Assembly: GCA_965215195.1 (NCBI GenBank)
Contig: CBDCDC010000002.1
Span: 2,368,001 to 2,432,000, forward strand
DNA length: 64,000 bases
From: Candidatus Latescibacterota bacterium
GTDB lineage: Bacteria; Latescibacterota; UBA2968; UBA8231
Reading direction: 5' to 3'
The position numbers and the translations under genes were made by a program. Below, piece after piece: positions 48,500 to 58,366 of the stretch. Every line of letters begins with the position of its first letter. Positions within the stretch are counted from its first letter, which is position 1. Under the pieces are notes generated by a model. The model searched no databases. It was not told the DNA's origin and saw nothing but the letters and a program-made list of their open reading frames with translations.

Positions 48500-49871
48500 G
48501 AGGGGCCTCCGCAGAAAAAATCGCCATTTGCGTCGGCGCACCTAGCTCGGGGTCCTCCGGGCCGACGGGCGCGACGCGCACGGCATAGCCATGGCGTTGC
48601 CCCACCCCCTCGGCCCACGCCCCAAATTCCGCTCGCCGCCACTCAAAGCGGTGGTCGGGATGGCGGAATGCACCGGCCGGCAGCGCGGCCCAATGGGCGT
48701 TGTACTCGGCGTTGGGAGTGGTTATCACGACCGTAGCGGGACGGGCGAACTCGAACACGGCCCGCTCGCAGGCCCGTAGCTGCGGCGGATCCAAATGCTC
48801 GACGACCTCCACCAATGCTGCGGCGTCGTACCCGCTCAAGCGGGCGTCGCGATAGGCCAGCGACCCCTGGAACACCGCAACCTGTTCGCCGCCGGGCAGC
48901 CTCGTTAGCCGCTGGCGCGCCCGCGACAGGGCTTGCGGCGACACATCCATCCCGGCCACTTCGGCGAACTGGGCTTCCGCTGCCAACAGCGCGAGCAACC
49001 GTCCCTCCCCACAGCCGAGGTCCAGCACCCGCCGCGCACCGCTCGCCTTGAGCACCTCAAACACGGCGGCCAAGCGCTGCTGGTTCAAGCTCAGCTCCGC
49101 TTCGAGTGCCTCTTCGCCGGCGTGATTTTCGGCCTCCCCTCCTTCCTCTGCCAAAAGCCGCGACAGGGCGGCCTTCTTCAGACCTCGCTGGTGCTTTAGG
49201 TAGCGCTCGACGACTAGGTCGCGCAGCGGGTGGCCGGCCAGCCACTCCCCGCCTCGCCGCATCAGCTTGTCGATCTCTTCCTCGCCCACGTAGTAGTGCT
49301 TCTCGTCGTCGAGCACGGGTATCAGCACGTACAGGTGCGCCAGCACTTCTTTTAATGGCCGCACGCACTGTAGCTCGACCTCGTAATAGGGGCTTTTTCC
49401 CCACTCTAAAAAATGTTCGTCGAGCAAGAAGCCCCTCGCCTGCACCGCATATCCCAACGGCTCAAAAAGGCCGTGCAACAAGTCCTTGCCCCCTCGGCAG
49501 GGCAAGGCGCTAACGCCGACTCGCAGCGGCAGGGCCTTTTCTGCTAGCTCGGCCCGTTCTCGGCACTGTCCGTTCAAGGCCGAGGTAAGCACTCGGGCAA
49601 TGGCTACACTAAGAAAAGAAGAGGCCGAGTACGGACGGTCGTTGACATACGACGCCAGCGCGAAGCCCGGAGATGCCGAGCGCCGCTTGAGCGCGGTTGG
49701 ATCTACGTCGAGGAGCAACGCGGCCGTGCATCGCTCAGACGAGGCTTCTACATAGAAGACGTGCGCCGTTCCAAAGGGCAGGTCGAAGGCTTGGGCGCGG
49801 CCCGGGTGCTTGTGCAGGAGATAGCCCAAGTCCGTGGCGGGTCGATGGGTTGTGGAGATCGTCAGGAGCAT
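48492..49871 (-). CDS. hen1: 3'-terminal RNA ribose 2'-O-methyltransferase Hen1
   Basis: MLLTISTTHRPATDLGYLLHKHP; DLGCGEG; EVVEHL; FRHPDHRFEW; overlaps pnkp. Confidence 0.95.
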   Translation of the reverse strand: MLLTISTTHRPATDLGYLLHKHPGRAQAFDLPFGTAHVFYVEASSERCTAALLLDVDPTALKRRSASPGFALASYVNDRPYSASSFLSVAIARVLTSALNGQCRERAELAEKALPLRVGVSALPCRGGKDLLHGLFEPLGYAVQARGFLLDEHFLEWGKSPYYEVELQCVRPLKEVLAHLYVLIPVLDDEKHYYVGEEEIDKLMRRGGEWLAGHPLRDLVVERYLKHQRGLKKAALSRLLAEEGGEAENHAGEEALEAELSLNQQRLAAVFEVLKASGARRVLDLGCGEGRLLALLAAEAQFAEVAGMDVSPQALSRARQRLTRLPGGEQVAVFQGSLAYRDARLSGYDAAALVEVVEHLDPPQLRACERAVFEFARPATVVITTPNAEYNAHWAALPAGAFRHPDHRFEWRRAEFGAWAEGVGQRHGYAVRVAPVGPEDPELGAPTQMAIFSAEAPRG

Positions 49872-50134
49872 GGATCATCGCTCAAATGGCTCAATGTAGA
49901 AACGAACCATAAGGAAATCATGTCAACCCCGTTCCATTGCTGGATCCGCAGAGCAAGATGCTCTGGAGCACCATTAGTTAGGTAGCGATCATACGCCGCT
50001 TCGCTCTTAAAGGGCGGACACAGACTGCGGGCCTTGTGCCAGCCGCGGGTTGCTATTTTCTTTGAGCGGCCAGCGATTCGCCTGTGCCGAGGAATCCCGC
50101 CCACATTCTCTTAGAGTGACGGAAAATAAGCACC

Positions 50135-51103
50135 ATGTGCCAGAAACGGAACCAGCCCATCAGCGGGTATGTTTTCTTAGGCATTACCTGCCTGGTGACA
50201 ATGGTCGCCTGCATCGAAGAAGATCCGATAAGCCCACTGGTCGAACAATGCCAGGAACGGGAACAAGTCCCGCAAGAAGTACTAGACCCACGGGCGCGGC
50301 AAATTAGGTACGTCGGCGACATCTTTCGCGACTGTCCAAGTTGCCCGGAGATGGTCGTCCTGCCCGGCGGTTCCTTCCTGATGGGTTCCCCTCTAGAAGT
50401 TTGGAGCTCTTCCGAGGAGCGGCCCCATCACCCGGTGACGATTGCAGAGCCCTTGGCCGTGGGGCGCTACGAAGTGACCTTCGATGAGTGGGACGCCTGC
50501 GTGGCCGAAGGCGGCTGTGCCTGCTATGAGCCCGAAGACAACGACTGGGGCCGGGGCCGCCGTCCGGTGATCAATGTGAGTTGGGAGGACGCCCAAGACT
50601 ATCTCTACTGGCTCGGCCAAAAGACCGGCAAACCATACCGCCTGCTGAGCGAAGCCGAGTGGGAATACGCGGTTCGGGCCGGAACCACCACGGCGTATTA
50701 CTGGGGGGATTACGACAAGAGGGGGCGCGATGCGATCTGTGCCTATGCGAACGTGGGCGAGAGTGCCTTCGACTGCGATGGAGAAGAGAAAACCCTGCCC
50801 GTCGGGTCGTTTCGCCCCAACCCCTTCGGCCTGTACGACATGATCGGCAACGTCCAGGAGTGGACCGCCGACTGCTGGAACGACACCTACGACGGGGGCC
50901 CGGCCGACGGGCGCGCTTGGCAGCAGGGCGATTGCACCTTGCGCGTCACGCGCGGGCGCTCGTTCTATTGGGAAGATCGCTATTCGGCTGACTTTCGTTC
51001 TGCCGCGCGCCATACGGCTCGGCCCGGTTGGAGAGAGACCTACATTGGCTTCCGGGTGGCCCGGGCGATGACCGTGGCACAGCCTCTCGTCCCCTTGGAG
51101 TGA
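50135..51103 (+). CDS. FGE-sulfatase (SUMF1/C-type lectin fold) domain lipoprotein
   Basis: MVAC lipobox; FRDCPSCPEMV, RLLSEAEWEYA, PNPFGLYDMIGNVQEW, GFRVAR. Confidence 0.9.
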   Translation: MCQKRNQPISGYVFLGITCLVTMVACIEEDPISPLVEQCQEREQVPQEVLDPRARQIRYVGDIFRDCPSCPEMVVLPGGSFLMGSPLEVWSSSEERPHHPVTIAEPLAVGRYEVTFDEWDACVAEGGCACYEPEDNDWGRGRRPVINVSWEDAQDYLYWLGQKTGKPYRLLSEAEWEYAVRAGTTTAYYWGDYDKRGRDAICAYANVGESAFDCDGEEKTLPVGSFRPNPFGLYDMIGNVQEWTADCWNDTYDGGPADGRAWQQGDCTLRVTRGRSFYWEDRYSADFRSAARHTARPGWRETYIGFRVARAMTVAQPLVPLE

Positions 51104-51125
51104 TGGTAAAGAGATCGTACCCTTT

Positions 51126-51723
51126 TTGATGAAAAATGGGGCCAATATGGACGTACTGAAAAATTTGCCCGACGAATACCAGTTCGTCGAATCGCTCAAT
51201 GACGCAAATACTGTAATGCGCGTTGAATCCGTTGCCACGAAGGGGCAGTACGTTTTGAAGCTGCTTGATCTAAACTCCCTAGCCAACGACACGTTTCACG
51301 AACAACTGCGGATCCGGTCTCAAACAGAGGGTAATCGTCTGAATACCCCGGTTCGAACGGGCAGCATCGCAGACGGACGATATTTCACCGTGACCGATTA
51401 CCGCCCGGAAGGCTCGCTGTATTCCTGCCTTACAAACTGTACTCCTCTGCCCCGCGAGGCGATTCGCCCGCTTATCAACCGCCGACTGCTGGAACGACAC
51501 CTACGACGGGGCCCCGGCCGACGGGCGCACTTGGCAGCAAGGGGATTGCTCCTGGCGCGTCACGCGCGGGCGCTCATTCTATTGGAAAGATAGCTATTTG
51601 CATCACTTTCGTTCTGCCGCACACCATAGGATTCCGTCCGGTTGGCAAGAGACCTACATTGGATTCCGGGTGGCCCGGGCGATGACTGTGCCGAGGAATC
51701 CCGCTCGCATTCCCTTGGAATGA
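51126..51723 (+). pseudogene. Collapsed kinase-like N-lobe joined out of frame to an FGE C-terminus
   Basis: YVLK and YFTVTDYRPEGSL resemble a Ser/Thr kinase; 51478-51723 is a diverged copy of 50864-51103. Confidence 0.65.
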
Positions 51724-51743
51724 TGGTAATTACAGATCGTACA

Positions 51744-53102
51744 TCACCCCACGCCCGCCAAAGCCGCGCCCAATACCCGCACCTGCTCCTCGTCCTCGGC
51801 ATTGACCGTAAACAAACACCCGTCGCACCCGTGCCCAGCCACCACCGCGCCCAACGCCCGCACTAGCTCGGGGGGTGCCCCCGCTGAAAGGGGCGGATAC
51901 AGCGGCACCGCCCCACTAGTCTGCGCTTTTAAGCGGGCCACTTCCCGCTCGTACAGGGCGGCGATGGGCAACGGCCCTTCCGCCACCCCCACCACAGTCT
52001 CCGGCAAATCCAGATCCTCCACCCCGAACATGCGCCACACCAGAGCCAATACCTCGCTTTCGTCCAGCCCTTGAGCGTACCGACACAAAGCCGCAGTCCA
52101 CTCCCGCGCCAAGTTAGTTACCCCGGTCGCCCAACCCACCCCGCCTCCGTGCGAACTCCCCCCCGTGAGAAAATCCGTCGCCTCCTCCCATTTGCCGTAC
52201 CAATGCCCGCCCAACAGCGCTGTGGAGGCGGGGAACACATCGCTGCCAAAGACTTTGTCGCGGCCCCCGGCTTCCTGCACAGCGGCGCGAAATTCCCCCA
52301 TGCGCTCGGCCAGTATATGGGCGCGAAACTGCACCCAATCAAGCACGGCCCCATCCTCGGCCAACAAGCCCAAAAAGTCCATCAAACCCGGTCGCCCCGC
52401 AGCCAAAGCCCGCACCTCGGCCAAAGTCAATTGCCCTAGGCGCTGGCGCAGGGCCAATATGCTGCGCCGCATGGCCGCAAAATCGTAGCCCAAGCGGGCG
52501 GCTTCGTCTTGGCAGTTGGCACAGCCGCAGGCCATCAGGCTGTGTACATTGGCCGGGGCCGGATAGCGAGCGTGGTCCACGTCAAAGCCGTCGATAGCGT
52601 AGCGTTGCACCGCTTCGACCAAGCAGTCGCGCGTCCACTCGTTGATCGCCTTACGGCTCGGACACAGGCCAATGCCCCACTCCTGATAGCGCCGGTCCAA
52701 TGGCCGCCCCCCTAGGTCGCGCAGGGCAAATTCTGGATAGACCTCGCCGCCGTAGCTCCACAAGCCGATGTGCCCCCACACCTCAATCCCCGTGCTTTTA
52801 CACGCTTCGATGACGCGCAGCAAGGGCGCGTCGTCAAAGCCGCTGACAATCCCCGCCACCGGCGGGTACACGCCCTCTGCACCGCTCGGCCAAGCATCGA
52901 GACGCTGACGCCAGTCCTCAAAAGGCCCTCGCTTGGTCAACTCCGTCGAGGCGCTAAAGCCCGAGGTATGGCACACCGGACTTTCGGGCATAATCGTCGT
53001 CAGGCCGACGGCGTCCTTGAGTTTTTGCAGGGACTCGGGATGCTGGGCCACGTATTCTGTGTGGCAAAACCAGATGCGGCGGGATTTATGCGTGGGCGTC
53101 AT
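51744..53102 (-). CDS. Hypothetical protein, possibly a glycoside-hydrolase-like TIM barrel
   Basis: GIEVWGH, LCPS, YAIDGFDVDHARYP, CGCANC. Confidence 0.6.
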   Translation of the reverse strand: MTPTHKSRRIWFCHTEYVAQHPESLQKLKDAVGLTTIMPESPVCHTSGFSASTELTKRGPFEDWRQRLDAWPSGAEGVYPPVAGIVSGFDDAPLLRVIEACKSTGIEVWGHIGLWSYGGEVYPEFALRDLGGRPLDRRYQEWGIGLCPSRKAINEWTRDCLVEAVQRYAIDGFDVDHARYPAPANVHSLMACGCANCQDEAARLGYDFAAMRRSILALRQRLGQLTLAEVRALAAGRPGLMDFLGLLAEDGAVLDWVQFRAHILAERMGEFRAAVQEAGGRDKVFGSDVFPASTALLGGHWYGKWEEATDFLTGGSSHGGGVGWATGVTNLAREWTAALCRYAQGLDESEVLALVWRMFGVEDLDLPETVVGVAEGPLPIAALYEREVARLKAQTSGAVPLYPPLSAGAPPELVRALGAVVAGHGCDGCLFTVNAEDEEQVRVLGAALAGVG

Positions 53103-53697
53103 ATTTGTCTGGCTCCAGCCAAGCAACCAACTGGCGCACGATGCGAAAGGTCAGCCCCCACAACAGCGGCCGCCCCGGCCCCAACAGGTCGAGCGCCGCA
53201 AAGGCCTGCTCTGCGCCACGGTGCCGCAGCCGGTACTGAGTCTGCTTACCGGGATCGCGCAATCGGTCGGCCCCCACCCAAAAAGCCGTGCTGACCTCTT
53301 GGCTGAGGACCAAATCCGCTGGCGTCTCCAAGCGATAGACGAAACCAGACACCACCACCGGCAGCATGTACCCAGTCAAATCGTCCAGCCGACCCCAGTA
53401 CTCGGCCACGGACAGATCGAGCCCGACCTCCTCCAAGGTCTCGCGCTCGGCCGCAGCCCGTGGCGAGGGGTCGTCTGCCTCAATGCGCCCGCCGGGAAAG
53501 GCGATGTGCCCGGACCAAGGATCGTCCGGGTGCTGGGCGCGTTCGATAAAGAGTAGCTGCAAGCCCCTCGGCATTGGTCCCAAGACCACGGCTACTGCGG
53601 CCCGCGTCTTGTCCGTAGAGCCTACCAAGCAGGGCCGGTGCCGGGCGAGCCCCGCCTGCACCGCAGCCCAAGGGCCTAGGCCCACGACCGCTTCCAA
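53086..53697 (-). CDS. Nudix hydrolase, CoA pyrophosphatase-like
   Basis: WSGHIAFPGGR...AAERETLEEVG; LWGLT. Confidence 0.9.
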   Translation of the reverse strand: MEAVVGLGPWAAVQAGLARHRPCLVGSTDKTRAAVAVVLGPMPRGLQLLFIERAQHPDDPWSGHIAFPGGRIEADDPSPRAAAERETLEEVGLDLSVAEYWGRLDDLTGYMLPVVVSGFVYRLETPADLVLSQEVSTAFWVGADRLRDPGKQTQYRLRHRGAEQAFAALDLLGPGRPLLWGLTFRIVRQLVAWLEPDKYDAHA

Positions 53698-53700
53698 TCG

Positions 53701-55164
53701 CTAAATGTCGTCAAAGGGATAGAGTTGGCGACCCAGCCGCTTAAAGGCCAGTTTGCCCTCGGCCGGAGCGTGTACCGACGGTTCGGAGATCACTTGGATC
53801 TGGCCAGCCCACGACTCAAAACCAGCGCGAAAGTGAGCCGCAGACTTGACGCCGACATAGCGCATCTGCCTCGGATCCAAACCCAAGGTGCGGGCAAACG
53901 CCGTGCAAAACGGTTGCTCGCGCTTGTTCACCAACAGCACGTGGACCCCGCCCTGAAGGATGTGAGCCGAGGGGCCCATGGTGCCCTCTAGGCCGGCGTA
54001 CATCGGCCCGTCGTAGCGAAAGCGGCCATCGGTCAAGGCCACCACTTCGGCCCGCATGGAGCAAGGCTCGCCTTGTAGAGGAGACGATTTGCCGCCTACC
54101 TCTAAATCGAGCACCGCCCCGACGCCCGCTTGGTGGCAAGCAGCCACGGCTTCGGGATCGACGATGTACAGCACACAGGCGTCTTGCAGATCCGCCGCCA
54201 AAAAAGCTCGCAACAGCCCGGTGCTGTCGCCGGGCGAGCCGCCGCCGGTATTGTCGTTGCGGTCGGCCAAGACTATGGGGTAACGCCCGGTCTTTTCGGC
54301 TTCTTGCAGGGCTTCTGCGGTAGAAGGCATGGCCGCCTGCCAAGCGGCCCGGCGCTCCCAGAGCCAAGCGGCCAACTCGTCGGCGCAGGATTGGGCCAAG
54401 GAGAGGTCGTTGTCGGTGGCCACGTACACGGAAGCACCCATATCGGGAATGTCAGCCAGAGGGAAGCAGGTGGCTATGGAGCCGCAGAGCACCCCGGGCC
54501 GCGCCTCAATTTGGTGCAGGTATTCGATGGCTTGGCGCATGGGCGGATGGGCTGTTACTTGGTTCATGCCCCACACTAAAGGCAGTTGGTGCAAGGCCAT
54601 GGTCGGCCGCACGCCTTCCCGCACCATGCGCACCAGCACATCGACGCACTCGCGGCCCCTCGGTGCCATATCGATCTCTGGATAGGTCTCCCGCCCAATC
54701 AGGACATCGGCGGCTTCGATCATGCCTTGGGAGACATTGGAGTGGATGTCCAACTGCCCGACGATGGGCGTGTCGGGGCCGACCAACCGGCGCACTGCGG
54801 CCAAGATATGTCCTTCGGCGTCGTCAATGCCCTCGGCCACCATGGCCCCGTGCAATTCCAATAAAACCCCGTCAATAGCACCCGCCGCCTCAATGCCGTT
54901 GAGCAGTTCGCCCACCAGCCCAGCGAAAATGGAGCGGGGCGTCGGGGCGCTGGGAAAAGCCTCGGCTAACATCGTGGGCACTACTTCAAAGCCGTGCGCC
55001 TCGGCCCCTTCGATGAAGCCGCCAATGGGCGTATTGACCCCGGCAAAGCGCTCGACAATGGCCGCTCCGTGGAGATAGCTGCGCTCCCGGAAACTGTCCA
55101 GCGTGGTGGCTACGTTGGTGAAGGTACTGCTCTCGTGGGAAATGCCTCCAATCGCGACGCGCAT
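53701..55164 (-). CDS. MlrC / M81 family metallopeptidase
   Basis: HESSTF, LHGAM, DIHSN, YPEID, DNTGGG..GD, VKSAAHFRA. Confidence 0.9.
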   Translation of the reverse strand: MRVAIGGISHESSTFTNVATTLDSFRERSYLHGAAIVERFAGVNTPIGGFIEGAEAHGFEVVPTMLAEAFPSAPTPRSIFAGLVGELLNGIEAAGAIDGVLLELHGAMVAEGIDDAEGHILAAVRRLVGPDTPIVGQLDIHSNVSQGMIEAADVLIGRETYPEIDMAPRGRECVDVLVRMVREGVRPTMALHQLPLVWGMNQVTAHPPMRQAIEYLHQIEARPGVLCGSIATCFPLADIPDMGASVYVATDNDLSLAQSCADELAAWLWERRAAWQAAMPSTAEALQEAEKTGRYPIVLADRNDNTGGGSPGDSTGLLRAFLAADLQDACVLYIVDPEAVAACHQAGVGAVLDLEVGGKSSPLQGEPCSMRAEVVALTDGRFRYDGPMYAGLEGTMGPSAHILQGGVHVLLVNKREQPFCTAFARTLGLDPRQMRYVGVKSAAHFRAGFESWAGQIQVISEPSVHAPAEGKLAFKRLGRQLYPFDDI

Positions 55165-55376
55165 CTGCTGCTCCTTTCGGTTTTTTCTCGCTCGTCTCTG
55201 TCACTTCAACTCCGACAGGCGGGCGAAGAGTTCGCCGGCCGCTTGCAGCCGAGTATGTGGTCTTGGGTGTTGTAGTAATGGACATTTTCAAGTGGAGGAT
55301 TTACCTTCTAAGCTATCAACTCCCCTAACCCCATCAAAGGTAGGCAAAAATGTCCCAGCCCGTAAGGAGGCCCCCC

Positions 55377-56264
55377 ATGATCCAGATCCCTAAGTCCATC
55401 CTCGGCATCATCGCCATCGTCTTCCTCGTCTTCCTCATCAGCCCGCGCTTCTACCAAAGCGTCCCGGCCGGCCACGTGGCCGTCGCCACCCTCTTCGGCG
55501 AAGTCCAGCCCAAACACTTCAGCGAGGGCTTGCACATCCCGGTCAACCCGCTCTACCAATGGCACTTCTACGACGTGCGCCAGAAGACCCACTCCGAAAC
55601 CTCCAACGTCCCCAGCCAAGACCAGCTACAGACCAAGATCGACGTCAGCGTCCAGTACCGCCTCGTCGCCAGAGACACGCCGCGCATCTTAAAAGAGACC
55701 GGCACTGCCCTTGACGTGAACAGCGTACACATCGTGCCCAAGCTGCGCTCGCAGATCCGCGAACAGGGCAAGAGCATCAAACGCGCCGAGGACTTCTTTT
55801 TGGAGGAGACCCAAGCGATGTTGCAGATCGCCCTGCTCGAAGGCCTGAAGGATTATCTGGGCACCAAGGGGGTTGCAGTCGAGGCCGTGTTGATCCGCGA
55901 CATCTCCCTGCCGCCCTTTATCACCAAGGCCATTGAGGCCAAAAAAGAGCGCGAGCAGGAAGTTGAAAAGCAAAAGGCCGAGCTGGAGCGCTTCACCACC
56001 GAGCAGAAACAGAAAGTTGCCGCCGCCGAGGCCGAAAAGGACGCCGCCTCGGCCGAGGCCGAAAAGCGCCGCCTGCTCGCCGACGCCCGGGCCTACGAGA
56101 TCACCAAGATCAACGAGGCCATCGGCAAAAATCCCAACTACGTCAAGCTCCAAGCACTCGAAGCCCTGCAAGCCATCTCCAAGGATCCGGCCGCCAAGGT
56201 CTATTTCATCGACGGCGACAGCCCTGCCCCGCTGCCGCTGATGCACCTAGGCGACGCCAAGTAG
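55377..56264 (+). CDS. SPFH/prohibitin family protein
   Basis: TM helix, VPAGHVAV..LFG, EGLH, DVSVQY, AIEAK coiled coil. Confidence 0.9.
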   Translation: MIQIPKSILGIIAIVFLVFLISPRFYQSVPAGHVAVATLFGEVQPKHFSEGLHIPVNPLYQWHFYDVRQKTHSETSNVPSQDQLQTKIDVSVQYRLVARDTPRILKETGTALDVNSVHIVPKLRSQIREQGKSIKRAEDFFLEETQAMLQIALLEGLKDYLGTKGVAVEAVLIRDISLPPFITKAIEAKKEREQEVEKQKAELERFTTEQKQKVAAAEAEKDAASAEAEKRRLLADARAYEITKINEAIGKNPNYVKLQALEALQAISKDPAAKVYFIDGDSPAPLPLMHLGDAK

Positions 56265-56372
56265 GGGCAACCCTTGTGGTTGCCCACAAGTGGTCAGTGC
56301 CCTGTGACCAGTGGCTCGTCCCCTCTCCTCTCCACCCAGCCGGAGGGAGGGGAGGACTGACCAGTGACCACT
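56261..56372. repeat. GTAG-type REP-like palindrome with nested inverted repeats
   Basis: GTAGGGGCAACC-CTTGT-GGTTGCCC; AGTGGTCA..TGACCACT arms around a CT/GA-rich hairpin. Confidence 0.5.
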
Positions 56373-56383
56373 GAAAGGACTCT

Positions 56384-57472
56384 ATGCCTGCCAAATACCG
56401 CGTCGGCGTCATCGCCTCTGGTCGCATTGCCCGCGAGCACGGCCGCGGTTGGGCCGAGTGCGAACACACTGAAATCGTCGCCTGTGCCGACTCTCACTCG
56501 GAAGCCCTAACCAGCTACGCCGCGGATTTCAACGTCGAAAAACAGTACCTCGACTACCGCGAGATGCTCGACGTGGAAAACCTCGACATCATCAGCGTCT
56601 GCTCTTGGGACCCCCAGCACGCGGAAATGTCCATCGCCGCCTGCGCCCGCCGGCCCAAAGCGGTGCTCTGCGAAAAGCCCATGGCCGTCTCCCTCGGCGA
56701 GGCCGAGGCCATGGTCATCGCCGCAGAGCGCAACGACGTCAAGCTGGCCATCGGCCACCAGCGCCGCTTTTACTCCTGCTGGCGCGAGGCGCGGCGGATG
56801 ATCGCCGACGGCGCACTTGGCAAGCCCCAGCGGCTGTGGTCCGCGGTCAAGGCCGGGATGATGAACACCGGCACCCACTGCATCGACTTCCAGCTCTACG
56901 CCCTCGGCGATCCGCAGGCCGAGTGGGTCATGGGCGCGGTCGAGCGCCACACCGACCACTTTGTCTTCGGCCACCGGGTCGAAGACCGCTGCGTGGGGGT
57001 TATCGGCTATCCCGACGGGGTCGAAGGCGTGATCGAAAACGAGATGAACGATATGTATCAGGTGGGTGCTACCATCTACGGCGAAGACGGCATCATGGTC
57101 GTCAGCGACAACAGCCTGCGCTATATGACGGCTACCTCCGGCGGCTGGCAGAACTTCGCGCCCGACGACAAAGCCAGCGGCTACGGCAATGCCTTCGTCG
57201 ATCAGGCCTACGGGATCTGCCGCTGGATCGAGGGCGATTTTGAGTCCTACTATGGCAAGGCCGAGCACGGCAAGGCCGCCACCGAGATCATGATGGGCGT
57301 CTATGAGTCCGCTAGGCTGCACGAGCGCGTGGCCCTGCCGCTGCAAACTCGGGCCAATCCGCTCGACGTCGCTGTCGAGGAGGGCCGCATCCCCGTCACC
57401 CGGCCCGGTCCTTGGGACGAGCGTTCCTTTCTGGTGCGCGGCGAGGGCATGAGCTGGATCAGGGACCAATAG
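56384..57472 (+). CDS. Gfo/Idh/MocA family oxidoreductase
   Basis: VGVIASGRIA, LCEKPMA, GHQRRF, GTHCID. Confidence 0.9.
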   Translation: MPAKYRVGVIASGRIAREHGRGWAECEHTEIVACADSHSEALTSYAADFNVEKQYLDYREMLDVENLDIISVCSWDPQHAEMSIAACARRPKAVLCEKPMAVSLGEAEAMVIAAERNDVKLAIGHQRRFYSCWREARRMIADGALGKPQRLWSAVKAGMMNTGTHCIDFQLYALGDPQAEWVMGAVERHTDHFVFGHRVEDRCVGVIGYPDGVEGVIENEMNDMYQVGATIYGEDGIMVVSDNSLRYMTATSGGWQNFAPDDKASGYGNAFVDQAYGICRWIEGDFESYYGKAEHGKAATEIMMGVYESARLHERVALPLQTRANPLDVAVEEGRIPVTRPGPWDERSFLVRGEGMSWIRDQ

Positions 57473-57474
57473 TC

Positions 57475-58272
57475 GTGCAAATCGGCCTCTTAGTCACCAA
57501 TCGCCGAGAGCTTGAAGAGTCCGCCGACTGGGACTTCGACTATCTCGAAGGCTTTCCCGGTCTGCTCGGTGCCGATGCCGACGACTCCCAAGCCGAGCGC
57601 GAGTGCCTAGCGCTTTTGGAGAAACACCCGCTGCGGATGCCGACGATGTGCGGCTTTATTCCCAATCCGCAGGGGCGCGGGCTGATGGTAGTTGGCCCCG
57701 ACGTCAGCTTGGACCGGCTGCGCACTTTTGTGACGCAGGTCTTCGACCTCATGCAGCGGGCTGGGGCTGAGGTCATCGGCTACGGGAGCGGTGGCTCGCG
57801 TTGGGTGCCCGACGGTTTCGACCGCGACAAAGCGCACCAACAGGTCGCCGACTTCTTGCACCTGTGCGCCGACCTCGGGGAGCCACGGGGCGTCAAGGTC
57901 GCGCTCGAACCCTACAACCGCGACGACGCCAACCTGCTCAATACCGTCTCCGAAGCGACCGAGTTCACAAGGGAAGTTGACCGCTCGCACGCCAAGCTGA
58001 TGGCCGACTTCTTCCACATGAAGCTCAACGGCGAGTCCTTCGACGCGCTCAAACAAGCCGGGCCACACCTAATTCACGCCCACATTGCCGAACCGGGGCG
58101 CGGCCGACCGCAAACCACGCCAGCCGACCACGCGCTCTTTTTGCACGCGTTGCGCACTGCCGGCTACGACGGGCGCGTAACCCTGAGCGGCGCGCTGCCG
58201 GCCTATGTTGACGACCGAGCCACTGCCATCGCCCTCAAGAAAGCCATCCCTCCTTCGCCTACAGCCGCATGA
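57475..58272 (+). CDS. Sugar phosphate isomerase/epimerase (TIM barrel)
   Basis: YGSGGSR, ALEPYN, ADFFHM, HAHIAE. Confidence 0.85.
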   Translation: MQIGLLVTNRRELEESADWDFDYLEGFPGLLGADADDSQAERECLALLEKHPLRMPTMCGFIPNPQGRGLMVVGPDVSLDRLRTFVTQVFDLMQRAGAEVIGYGSGGSRWVPDGFDRDKAHQQVADFLHLCADLGEPRGVKVALEPYNRDDANLLNTVSEATEFTREVDRSHAKLMADFFHMKLNGESFDALKQAGPHLIHAHIAEPGRGRPQTTPADHALFLHALRTAGYDGRVTLSGALPAYVDDRATAIALKKAIPPSPTAA

Positions 58273-58366
58273 TTGACCTTTCGCGGCCCCTCACGCCATC
58301 GGAAAGTCGCTTCATCCACTACTGCACGGCGCGGGATCCCCTCTAATCGCGAAAAGAGGCCCATCT

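Noticed and set aside
51478-51723. Bona fide DGR template repeat
   Set aside because: More than half of the mismatches are not at template adenines, and there is no adjacent RT or Avd
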